NCBI GenBank assembly: GCA_973895155.1
Contig: OZ316895.1
Span: 3,645,659 to 3,709,658, forward strand
DNA: 64,000 nucleotides
DNA from: Marsupella aquatica
Taxonomy: Eukaryota > Plantae > Marchantiophyta
Reading direction: 5' to 3'
Shown here: in pieces, positions 1 to 10,228 of the stretch
Layout of the letters: the number at the start of each line of letters is the position of its first letter
Numbering within the stretch: position 1 is the stretch's first letter
Notes under the pieces: generated by a model
Seen by the model: the letters and a program-made list of their open reading frames with translations, nothing else
Told to the model about the DNA's origin: nothing
Database searches by the model: none
Program-made: the position numbers and the translations under genes

Positions 1-1879
1 CCGCCGTAGGAGCGTGAGCAAAACATTGTCCATGGTGGACTGCGGAATTTTATTGTAAATATTTGAGTGGACTTATCCAGGAAAGTTTATGAAAGCGATC
101 TCCCATGGTTGTAACTTGTGGATCAGAAGCGAATGATATTCGGGTTTCCTTTGAGTGTGACTTTGCTGCCCATTTCTACATTATAAATTTTGGTGGAAGT
201 TTCTTATTTGCGTAGCAACCTTACTCTTGTAAAATTTTATAGCGGAGATTTTGCTTTGCGTGGAATGTGTAAATGGTGACCCAGTGTCCTTGCCTGAATT
301 GGTATTTACAAGCAAGCTCACAAGCCAACAGAGCTTGCCACGGCCAGTACACTAAAGCTACACTGCAGTCTTTTGAAGCTTATCTGTACCTATTCCAGCA
401 GTCAAGTGAGGACTGTTTCTTCATACGCTTTTCTCACTCGTTTGCAAAGAGTTTTCAGGACATGAGCAATGCAAGAATGTAGATCATTATTCGACAGCTA
501 CTCACGCAGACATGGGGTCAAGTCGTCTGTGAAACAGCGTTCTAGGGAGAATAACTGGACACATTTGCTTGATAACCCCAAACCAAGATTTCTCTACGAG
601 GAAACATAGTTGCAAATCTTGTCTTCGGGTACTCTGTCCAAAGAGAGAGTTGCAACTATGATGAGACGAGACGCCACTTGGAAACTTCTATCAGCATCAT
701 AATATGAATAACGATTTTACGAAAGTGTTTAGCAAACCTCTCTCCAAGAACCGACACCTACTTTGTAATACGCGTGGTGCTTTAGTAACAGTGTGTTGAG
801 CAGACCTCTCTTGATGTCGATTTCAAAAATTTGTAGTGTATCATTGCTTCCTGAAGTTCAAACGCTTTGGTTTCCTGTTCTTCCAAAAATGGGGTCTCAG
901 TAATGAACGCCTTCGATGTTGTGACGTAGGCTCTTCTTAATTGTACTTCCGAATATTCATTTCTTAAACATGTGCAAGCTCACTCGATTTATCGACCCGT
1001 TCGAACGAGACGAACGAGTTAATTATGGCTGTACATTATTGTGGAGCAAATCAACAGATGGTTTAATTGAGAGGGTTAATGGATTTAATTGCTTTTGGCG
1101 ATGAAGAAAGCACATTGGATGGCTATCAGGCTCTGTTGGAAGCTACAGTTGGGCAAGTCAAACAATTATACAGTTCTTATGGGAGATCTAAAGTTTAATT
1201 GATTGGACAGTTAACTGGAAATTCGATTGTGTTTGAAGTGAGACGTTTTTCGGAGTAAACGGCCGTAAACAGCACAGGCTGTCATTGACGTCTCCACCAG
1301 AGTCTCCACCGAACAAATGGAAAACGTTATTGAACGTCCAGCATAACCTTCCAAACTGCAGGTTAGAATCTGACTCTTTTTCAATTGATACAATCGCTAA
1401 TTACAGGATGTACAGAAACACTGCTCCTCCTTCCCTTCGTCCCAGGTCCTGAGAAATATGAAGGATGCTCAACGTCTTCACACTTCATAGTCAGTAATCT
1501 GTCCAGAACTGCAACTAATGAAAGGACTCTTCATTGTGACCTATGTTCAATACCGATCTCGCTTACCTTACTGTTCCCTTCCTATCAGTTGGCTTGATAG
1601 TCCGACCCAAGCTACCAATCTTTTTCTCTTCAGCTCATATTCTCTTCACATCTCCACTTTTCTTCCCTGAATTCATGATAAGACCTGTGATCACCAGGTT
1701 TCTCTTTTCTCTCATAAGTGCCTTTCACTTTTCTTCTCCTCTTCTCTTTCCTTCCATGTTCCACTACAAGGCGCTCAAAATCATATACTTGAAACTCTCG
1801 TCCATTAGAAACTCTCTTGATCGGAATGTTACATTGAATTAAACCCAGGGCCAATGAAACTGGCACGTAACAAAGTTAC

Positions 1880-4800
1880 TCACTCCTTAATGTCGTCGGC
1901 ATCCTTGACCTCATCCCGCCTCTCCTCACCCGAGGCCACAAAAGCTCTCTTGGCCAGCTCATAAACCAAGAAAGTAACAGCAGTCGCGGGCACGATCTGG
2001 AGCGTTTGCGCTGTCAAACCACGGAAGAGTCCTCGAATTCCTTGAGCCTTCGCGATGCCGTTCAATGCCTGCCATGTATTGTTGTAATGCGCGTTTCTTT
2101 GGGCTTCAGAGAAGCGGACGGCCGATGATGACAGAGCACTCAAGACGATCTCTTTTCTCGCGAGCTCCAGTGGGTATGTGAGAGTGGTCGAGATGGCCCC
2201 GGCCAACCCTCCGATAATTAGAGTCCGCAGACCATCGAATTCGGGTTTCAGGCTGTTCTTGGTCAGATACTTGGTCTTCAGGGTCTCGTAAGTGTAGAAG
2301 CTTAATGCTGCATTGGGTACGACGGAAATCAGAGCAGGAGTGATTCCTCTGTATAGTTCCTTAATCCCCCCTTCATTGCGCAAAACCTGCATTACTGTGT
2401 CGCGAAGACCTTTGTATTTTTCGGGCTGTGCATTTCAATCACAAAATAAGAAAGAAAGTGTCAGTCTCTTGTTAGTGACTCCTGTCATCTCAAGTAAGAA
2501 ACAATATTGTTGTTCCCCGTTTCTCATTCACATTCCAAGCTACAAATTTCATCCTCTTGTTGCCAACGAGTTATTATTCACATGCCAAGGGTTTCATTGG
2601 TCGCTCTGGACTTTTCTGCTTTGGTCTTTTGGTACTTTGTTGGCCCTTTTCTAGTAAATTCGTTCTCCTTGCCTTGTTAGTAACGTGTTTCATTCACATG
2701 ATAAGTGAGAAATGTGAATGGTATCTGTGGTGCTAACGTGCTGCATTCAAGTGCCCAACATGATGTGCCATTCTGTTGTTAGCATATTTCATTGACATGC
2801 GAAAGAAGAAATATAGCTCTCTCTAAAAACTTGCATCAACTGCATTTACAATGAAATCTAGACGAATCAACAATTAAAAAAGACAAAAATATCACGAAGA
2901 AATCTTCCGAAAAACCCGTATCGTTGAGACAATCACCACATGCTCGATAGAATAATTGTGTATCCGAAATGTGACCCTAAGAAACGCAAGCTGAATATTC
3001 GGAAGATACATGAATCTCTCTTTGTGACCAACAGTCAGGAACTAACTTCCAGTAGCGTTGCAAGTAGGAGACCCACCTGAAGGAGGAGTCTGTCGAAAAC
3101 TGGCTGCATCGGATAGCTTAACAAAGTGCCGACGAGACCTGCTGCAGCTCCTCCCGCTGATGAAAGTGGGATTTGCCGAGGCAACGGGAGAACTTTCTGT
3201 TGCCCTCCTTGCTGCACCTCCTGGGACCTCTTCACGTATTCAAAAGTTGTGAACTGCACCAGCGCCCAAAAATGATTCAGCCCATTGCAGAAGCAACCAA
3301 GTGGTACTCAAGAAGTCCACATACCCACTTATATTCCAGAACATTTTGCCAGTTAGGTAATATTCAATTGCATTTGGCAGGTGTAGTCAATAAAGCGAAC
3401 TGACAGAGGTCGACTGGGAAAGGAAGGAAGAAGGGTCAACTTCGTAATCACCTGCAAACCTTTCTGAAAAGCGTTTAACACAATGTTGAATTTCAAGCTT
3501 CCCTTGAAGAGAGTTTGAAGGCCTTCCTCATGAGCTACTGTCGATACAACTTGCGCAACAGTTTGCCCTCCCTGCCCAGCAACCAGTCGGGTCCGCACAA
3601 CATCGAACGGCACTACCACGGTGGACGCAACGGCACCAGCCAAAACCCCGCACAGCAGCTGCGTGAAATGAAATTCACGTCCATTATTTCAATATCAGAG
3701 GAGGAAACTAATTCGAAATTGTTCCTCATTTGCACTATTGCAGATCATTGTTATCCGTTTCCATCCTTGTTAATAATTCTAACGATTTACTAATCATTAG
3801 GCAAATTATGTTGTCATGAGTGAAAAGCACGTCCATGATATCAATAATTCTAACGATTTACTAATCATTAGGCAAATTATGTTGTCATGAGTGAAAAGCA
3901 CGTCCATGATATCAATATTAGAGAAGAAACGTAATACGCAATTGTTCCTCATTTGATTACTGCCGATGATTTAATCTGTTTTCAACCTTGTTCATCAGTC
4001 TAAAACTTGGCTAACCATTGAGTAAGTTCTTCTATGAGGAACCAGAGTTTGAGCACGGACTGGTATTTGCTGATTAAGGGCAATTAGAATAATTTGGGAC
4101 GGTAAAGTACTGTGGTACTGCTCAGGAATAGTGTCCAAAGGGATCGAGAGCATCGCATCGATGCCCTGGACAAAGGAAAAACCAAACTAGTCAGAGGGCA
4201 ACCCATATAATCAAGAATACCTAGTATATGGACACTGGACGGACTAAAGCAAAAGCATGCGGCAAGAACCATGAACCAGAAAAGTAGAGCCGTCCTTTCA
4301 AATACAGTAGCAGCTGAATCATCAAAACCAAAACCAGGATACAGATTCCATCAAGCAAGTAGGAAAGCAAGCATGAGAGAAAACAGCCGATCCGGAAAAG
4401 TTTCGAGCTACTAAATGAAATGGGCAGACACTCTCGTACGAAATATCAAATATCCAAACTCTAGGCGTCAGTTCCTTCTGCAAGAAATTGCGTCATCTAC
4501 ATCGAGTAACCAGATGGGTTGTTAATCTTTGACTCAACCGATTGGCCGATATTCAGTAAATATTCTACAACGCCTTAGCATACGTCAGCATTGCCCAAAT
4601 AGTATTCTACCGTAGATTCCGAAACAATAAGGAAGGGTCAGCAGAAAGAGCACAGTCTGCGTTATTAATCTTCATGCCGATGGTAACTTCCTTGAGATGC
4701 TTCAGACAAATCTCTGAGGGTGAGTAGTGCCAAGACTAAGAGCACTTACATTCTTGATGGTCAAGCTGTGAATAAAGCCAATGTAAGGCAGAGACGTAGA

Positions 4801-5706
4801 AGGCACCGGCACACGAGCATTCTCTGCTACTTCTACGACATCTTCTTTCACCTCTTCCAGCTCTTTCTGCATTGTTTCCACGAATCATGCCCATCAGGAC
4901 CAAAATGAGATGAAGGAAATGCATTCCTTGACCAGCCTGAATTACTGCTTTGGGACCACTGTCATGCAAATAGAGGAATTTCAACTCTCAAGACCTTCTT
5001 TGGTTGTTGCCGGAGCTTAACGTAGTGCTTTTCAAGACGTTTCAAATGAAGGTTCCAGAATTCACCCACAGATGTCGTTTTTTGCTAAGCGGTAGGTGCA
5101 ATCAAGGAATCCATCACCATAACATTGCATGAGCGATATGAGTAATTTGGTACGATCACCAAATAAACCACAGGCTCAGTCGGAAAAATTACAGTTGCAT
5201 CATTTTGCGTTGAATAAAGAGGAAAGAGCCAAAGAGTTGTGTGACTTCCAGGCCAACTAAGCTTCAAACCGTCGCATAAGTACCGTAGTCTCAAAGATTT
5301 AATACTATCATCCGGACCTATCCATGTACGATGACATGCAAAAGTCGAGTCCTACCCGAGTTTCTGGGTCAAATTTGTCAGCCACCCTAGCAAATCCGAG
5401 CTGTCGCCTTCCTCGTTTCCTTGCAACGTATACCCTGTTTTGACCCTTTCCATGGAATGAAGCACCACCCAAATGCTCGGGCAGGCTGACATTCAACTTT
5501 ATACCCTTCAAATTCTCGGCCACCCACTTCACCCCCTCTTCCGGAAATCCTCCAATCCTAGCAAAGAACATGTCCTTCTTCTTCCCCTGTGCCTCGTACT
5601 CTTCAACTGGAAGTTTCCACTTCTTTGAGAAGGCAATCTTGGCGGCTCTAGGCTGCACTTCATCGAACATCCGATCTCTCGGCTCGACCCACAAACCTTT
5701 CCCCAT
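1880..5706 (-). CDS. Mitochondrial carrier family (SLC25) protein, Brittle-1/BT1-like adenine nucleotide transporter, ~495 aa; exons 5356-5706, 4995-5084, 4750-4866, 3452-3658, 3077-3253, 1880-2425
   Basis: Six exons join in frame through phase-0 GT-AG introns. Carrier signatures PFDVVRTR and PLELARKE are present, plus (E/Q)G..GL(Y/F)RG motifs (EGGIKELYRG, QGIRGLFRG). LIIGGLAGAISTTLTYPLELARK resembles plant BT1. Long N-terminal extension; exons 2-3 are inferred only from splice sites and frame. Confidence 0.85.
3772..3916. repeat. Perfect 71-bp tandem duplication in an intron of the carrier gene
   Basis: AATAATTCTAACGATTTACTAATCATTAGGC...CACGTCCATGATATC starts at 3772 and again at 3843. Confidence 0.9.
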
Positions 5707-7591
5707 TGCCTCAGCTCCCTGGAAACCAAACAGGTTCTATCGGTCCCGCCTCAATTCGGAAGCACGACAGCTGCGGAGGCGAAATTCCAATCAATTTCTG
5801 AAGCTGCAAGCACGTACTAGCCCTCCGCCAAGCTTCTGGGCATCACTAAACTCAGAAAGACTCTGAAAGGGAGCGAGGCTCACAAGCAGAGGATGGATCG
5901 AGAAACTTCTTCGAGAGCTGGCAACACTTGGCGCTCAATCCTTTTGCAACCTGGCAACTTCGATGCAGTGAGTCGAGCCATAATTGCGATTCAGGGAGCA
6001 GCATCTACGGCCATAGTACCTCTCTCCAAAGTAAAAGCTCCACACAATTCGTTAGATCTTAGTCTTGACAACTGAGAACTGGATGTAATCTTGAGTGATT
6101 GTCCGAAGGTAAAAGCTGAGTTCTCCCTTTCCAGAGTCGTGGGTTATCCAGTCCATGGCGAGTGACTCATCAGCAACAAATGGTGCACGAGCGAACAGAA
6201 TCCGAATGCTTCACAGCCCAATCAGACGAAGAGATCATTTGCTTTCAGATTGATTACCATGTTCAACCAAACGGTCAGATGAGGGAGGCATCAATTCCCT
6301 TCCAGGTCACCTTCGCCACGTGTTGAAACTATTACTGAAAAAGTGCATGCGCATAATTATTTGGAACACCATTCTTGGCATCTTATCTTGTTATACTCCA
6401 CAACAAGTATATATAATATAGTATGAAATCTTGCCAAACCAAAGCGGGGATTCCTTGGTTATCCAAATCACTTGGACCAGAATTCACAGTGACCGTGGCT
6501 GTTGGATTTATCCAATAGTTTTTCTGGACCGTGAGATTGCCTACAGAGAGGGCAGACCCCTAGCGATTCCTCTCATAAATATGACCATAGCGCCCACGCA
6601 AATGTGCTGGAGGGGGTGACTATTGAACCCTGTGCAATACTCTGGTGTAGGTACTGAGAGCACTAGCCCTATACGGGTGTGGTGCGCAATGTTGTTAAAG
6701 GGGAAGTGTTGTTGTTCTATAATATAGTTGAAGCAATATATCTGGTACATTGAAACCTTTTCCTTAACAAAAAAGAATGGTTGAAGAAAGGATGCATGCA
6801 GAAAAGATAGTTGAAGGAGGAGGCGTGAGTTGGCCAACAGGTAGTTGAGACAAAAGATGTGAGGTTGGGTTTGGCGCCAAACGGAGAGAGGATCCTGAAG
6901 GCAGGAGACCCATTAGAGGGGAAAAACCAAGGGAAAACCAGAAGGGCCATGCCAACAAGAGCTCCAACCGCCTTTGCCTTCAATATCTGGTAACTTCTAG
7001 GTTGTAGTACAGCACAAATTTGGATGAAAGATAAATAAATGTGTCCTAAGTTTCACAATTTCAGCTTGAAGTTTGTTCCATTTAGGGTAAAAAATACATT
7101 AGTTTGTTGGAAACTGTCATACTTTATTTGCAGGAAGGTTGGCTAAAGCATCTGTTAATCTGTTATTACAGCCTTTTTCCAACAGAGTGTGTCAGTTGCA
7201 CTTCATAGGGCTCAGGCTTTCACCATTCCTAGTAGGGGTGAAGATGTTGGTTCTAAGACTTTCAGTCAGTTTCCTTTGTTTGACTCTCCTATGCAGTTCA
7301 TCCTATGCAGTTCATTCCGGAGCTCTATCAGACTCTTTAGTTTGTAAATAGGTAAGGTTTTTGGTCTTCTTTTCCTGGTTTTTATTGGTGCGCTTCTTCC
7401 TTGGTCAGGTGGACTTTGGGCCCTTTGTTGCCTCTCCTTGATTGGGACTTTTGCCTGAGGGAATATGTCTCTTGGTTGGGTGCCTTTTGTTCTTTTATAC
7501 TTAATATATTGCAACAGGAAATATAGTCAAACCTCTCAAAGTGAAAGACCTCAAGACAAAGGCCCCCTACGTGCACTTATATTTATTGGAG

Positions 7592-7678
7592 CACATCATA
7601 ATTGCAATTTTAGAATTTGTGCACTTATCAATAATTTGACTATTAGTGCACAAATTCTAAAATTGCAATTATGATGTG
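7592..7678. repeat. Perfect 34-bp inverted repeat (hairpin, 19-nt loop)
   Basis: 7592-7625 CACATCATAATTGCAATTTTAGAATTTGTGCACT is the exact reverse complement of 7645-7678. Confidence 0.9.
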
Positions 7679-8139
7679 GGAGTGTGAGGGAAAATCATAT
7701 TCTTGACTACCTTATTTGTACACTCTTCACTTTCTTCACTCCCTGGAAAAGATATGATCTTATTGGCTGAAAACATGCTGACACAGATGTGCACTCCTCA
7801 CTCCCAGCCCCCCATGGAACCCTGCCCTAATAAACAGGTTTAAGACTCCCTAATAAATTTCACTAATAATTCCCAGGGCCCCAAAGAGGTGATCCGAACT
7901 AGGTGTGGAGAGTGAGGGAAAATCATATTCCCGACTACCTCATTTGTACACTCTTCACTCCCTGGAAACGATATGATCTTATTGGCTGAAACATGCTGAC
8001 ACACATGTGCACTCCTCACTCCCAGCCCCAGCCCCCATGGAACCCAGCCCTAATAAACATGTTTAAGACTCCCTAATAAATTTCACTAATAAAACCCAGG
8101 GGCCCAAAGAGGTGAACCGAACGAGGTGTGGAGAGTGAA
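7675..8139. repeat. ~228-bp tandem repeat, 2 copies plus start of a third
   Basis: TGTGG(G/A)GAGTGAGGGAAAATCATATTC...AAGACTCCCTAATAAATTTCACTAATAA...CCCAAAGAGGTGA recurs at ~7675 and ~7903; GGTGTGGAGAGTGA again at ~8125. Confidence 0.85.
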
Positions 8140-8147
8140 GCTTCATT

Positions 8148-8170
8148 GCGCCAAATATTTCGCGCGCCAA
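8148..8170. promoter_or_regulatory. Paired E2F-type motifs upstream of F-box/kelch copy 1
   Basis: GCGCCAAA (reverse complement TTTGGCGC) at 8148-8155 and TTTCGCGC at 8158-8165 match the plant E2F consensus WTTSSCSS. Equivalent motifs precede copy 2. Confidence 0.4.
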
Positions 8171-8872
8171 TTATTCAAACGGTTTGAATCATTTCGGTTG
8201 AATGCGAATTGCAAAACCAGGAAACTCGATTGCGTAATTCTGAACCCGCATCTTGCATTTCCACGAAGCTTGTTGTCTCGCTGGAGAGCCGCCATCGCTG
8301 CGTGAAAAGGCCTTGAGATCGAAGATTGGAGCCAAGCATTCATCATGTATCGCCACTGCCTCTGCCTCTGGCTTGCTGCTTCGATCGCTCCTCTATTCCC
8401 CAACTCAAGCTCTGCACAAGCTGATTAATCTGTTCCCAACGTTTGCTGACGATGAGGTGACTTTCGATCGAGCTTCGGTGAGTGAATTGGACCTGATTTC
8501 GTTGTAGATCTCCGGCGAAAGTGTTCCTCTGGCCTTCACCATCTAGCACACCATTCAGCCGCCCTTCGATTCATCCGCCGACCTCTGCAAAGTCGTTGTT
8601 CTTGTCCTCCAGCCCCTTCGTGTTGCTACTACTGCATCGACCCTAAATTCTTTCCGACATTGAGCTGCAAGGTGGTGACGGACTTTCTGCAAGGAAGGCC
8701 CGTGTTACATTACTCCAGCCCGTTGTGTTGCTACTATTGACTCTGTGCCCTCGGAGACGCTCTTCTGCCTCTCCGCCTCACTTCTTGTGCAGCTCTTGTT
8801 CACCTTGTCCTTCGCCTCTGTGAACGCGAGGCATTCGTTGTGAGAGAGCATTGTCATTATCACTTGTGTAAG

Positions 8873-10228
8873 ATGAGCAAACACCGGGCCGAAGAAGGGA
8901 CGGGAAGGGACGACGATACCGGAGGGCATGGAACGACTGTTCTTGCAAGGACTGACATCAATCGGAGATTGCGGAGAACAGACACCAATCGGGGATTACG
9001 CAAAGTAGACACCGATTGGAGACTACGGGAAACAGAGGATTTGAGTGAGCAGCTGCTGCCAGGGCTCTCTAACGACATCACCTTGGATCTGATCACTCCC
9101 AGGTTGCCATGGAAGGAAATAATTTCCACCCTGGCACTTGTGAGTCGTGCCTGGCAATTTGTGATTCGAAGTCGCCAGGTCTATAACGCAAGAGTTCGTT
9201 CCCACTCAACAGAGAGATTTGTTATTTTCGATCGGTATGTCCGGACGGAGTCTCGTGACTCGATTCCTCTTTATTCCCCGACAGAAAAATCTTTTTGGTT
9301 TCTACCTCCAATTCCTCGTATTCGTAGAGGATTTCCATCTTATTGTCGATGCGTTTCATTGCATGGTAAGATATATATCTTGGGAGGATTGAATGTTAGA
9401 AATTTTGCTAGCAAAAATGTATACGTATTGGATCTCTATGGACAGAGGCAGTGGAAAAGATGTGCAAATATGCGAGTTGGCAGGCTAAATTTTGGGTGTT
9501 GCGTCTTCGACGGAAAGATTTATGTATTTGGGGGTTCTCGTGCTGAAGAAACTTATAGTCAACCGGGTTGTTACGCTGACGACGCTATTAAAGATTCGGA
9601 GACGTACGACCCTGAGATTGATGCATGGCTTCGGATACGACCTTTGCCTTCTTTTCAAGCTCATCAACGAGTTGCAATAGTGGGCGAGGAGCTTTATGTG
9701 TATGGCGGTCTGCTTTACGGCGAGATTTATGTGGACTGGGCTTCGGGTGGTCCTGTCAGTGGAGATCCGCAGGGAATCGCCCCATTTCTGGAGATTTATA
9801 ATCCACTCATGAACAAGTGGAGAAGGATCGAATGGTTGCAAGGGGAAGGGGACACCCGGGCAGGCGTGTTCTTTGCTCGCGGAAAATTCTATTCGCTAAC
9901 TCAATTTGCCATTCACCTATATGATATTGAAAAAAAATCCTGGACACAATTGCACACCTGTTCATTCGCTATAATTGGGCCAGATAACATTGTTTCAATC
10001 TGTCCCGCTTGGACTGCACCAGTGGATGATGAGCTTTTAGTGAGAATAAATGTGATTGTGAAACCAGGCCCCGATACGGACTTGCCGGATCTTAGATCAT
10101 ATCTTCTTCAAAGCAGAGGCTTCGGTAGCGAGACCGAAACAATTGTTTGGGACAGAGCAGAAGGTTCTCCTTCCTTACGAGACGCGGATGTCTATCGCAG
10201 TGATATCTTGGCTTTTGCAGAGCCTTGA
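8873..10228 (+). CDS. F-box/kelch-repeat protein (SKIP6/AFR-like superfamily), 451 aa, intronless, copy 1
   Basis: First ATG at 8873. F-box LLPGLSNDITLDLITPRLPW...LALVSRAW, then kelch repeats CVSLHGKIYILGG, GCCVFDGKIYVFGG...ETYDPEIDAW, VAIVGEELYVYGG...EIYNPLMNKW. Confidence 0.9.
   Translation: MSKHRAEEGTGRDDDTGGHGTTVLARTDINRRLRRTDTNRGLRKVDTDWRLRETEDLSEQLLPGLSNDITLDLITPRLPWKEIISTLALVSRAWQFVIRSRQVYNARVRSHSTERFVIFDRYVRTESRDSIPLYSPTEKSFWFLPPIPRIRRGFPSYCRCVSLHGKIYILGGLNVRNFASKNVYVLDLYGQRQWKRCANMRVGRLNFGCCVFDGKIYVFGGSRAEETYSQPGCYADDAIKDSETYDPEIDAWLRIRPLPSFQAHQRVAIVGEELYVYGGLLYGEIYVDWASGGPVSGDPQGIAPFLEIYNPLMNKWRRIEWLQGEGDTRAGVFFARGKFYSLTQFAIHLYDIEKKSWTQLHTCSFAIIGPDNIVSICPAWTAPVDDELLVRINVIVKPGPDTDLPDLRSYLLQSRGFGSETETIVWDRAEGSPSLRDADVYRSDILAFAEP

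Noticed and set aside
1-1300. 3' end of a gene entering from the window edge
   Set aside because: Exon-like pieces contain stops in all frames and could not be joined or identified.
5308-5355. Stand-alone 132-aa gene at 5308-5706
   Set aside because: A phase-0 GTAGGA donor at 5355 joins it in frame to the carrier exons.
8840-8872. Longer GTG/TTG-initiated N-termini from the ORF track (8840, 19313, 25298, 33198, 40414, 46932, 63411)
   Set aside because: Eukaryotic genes; the first in-frame ATG was used, and paralogues share ATG context.
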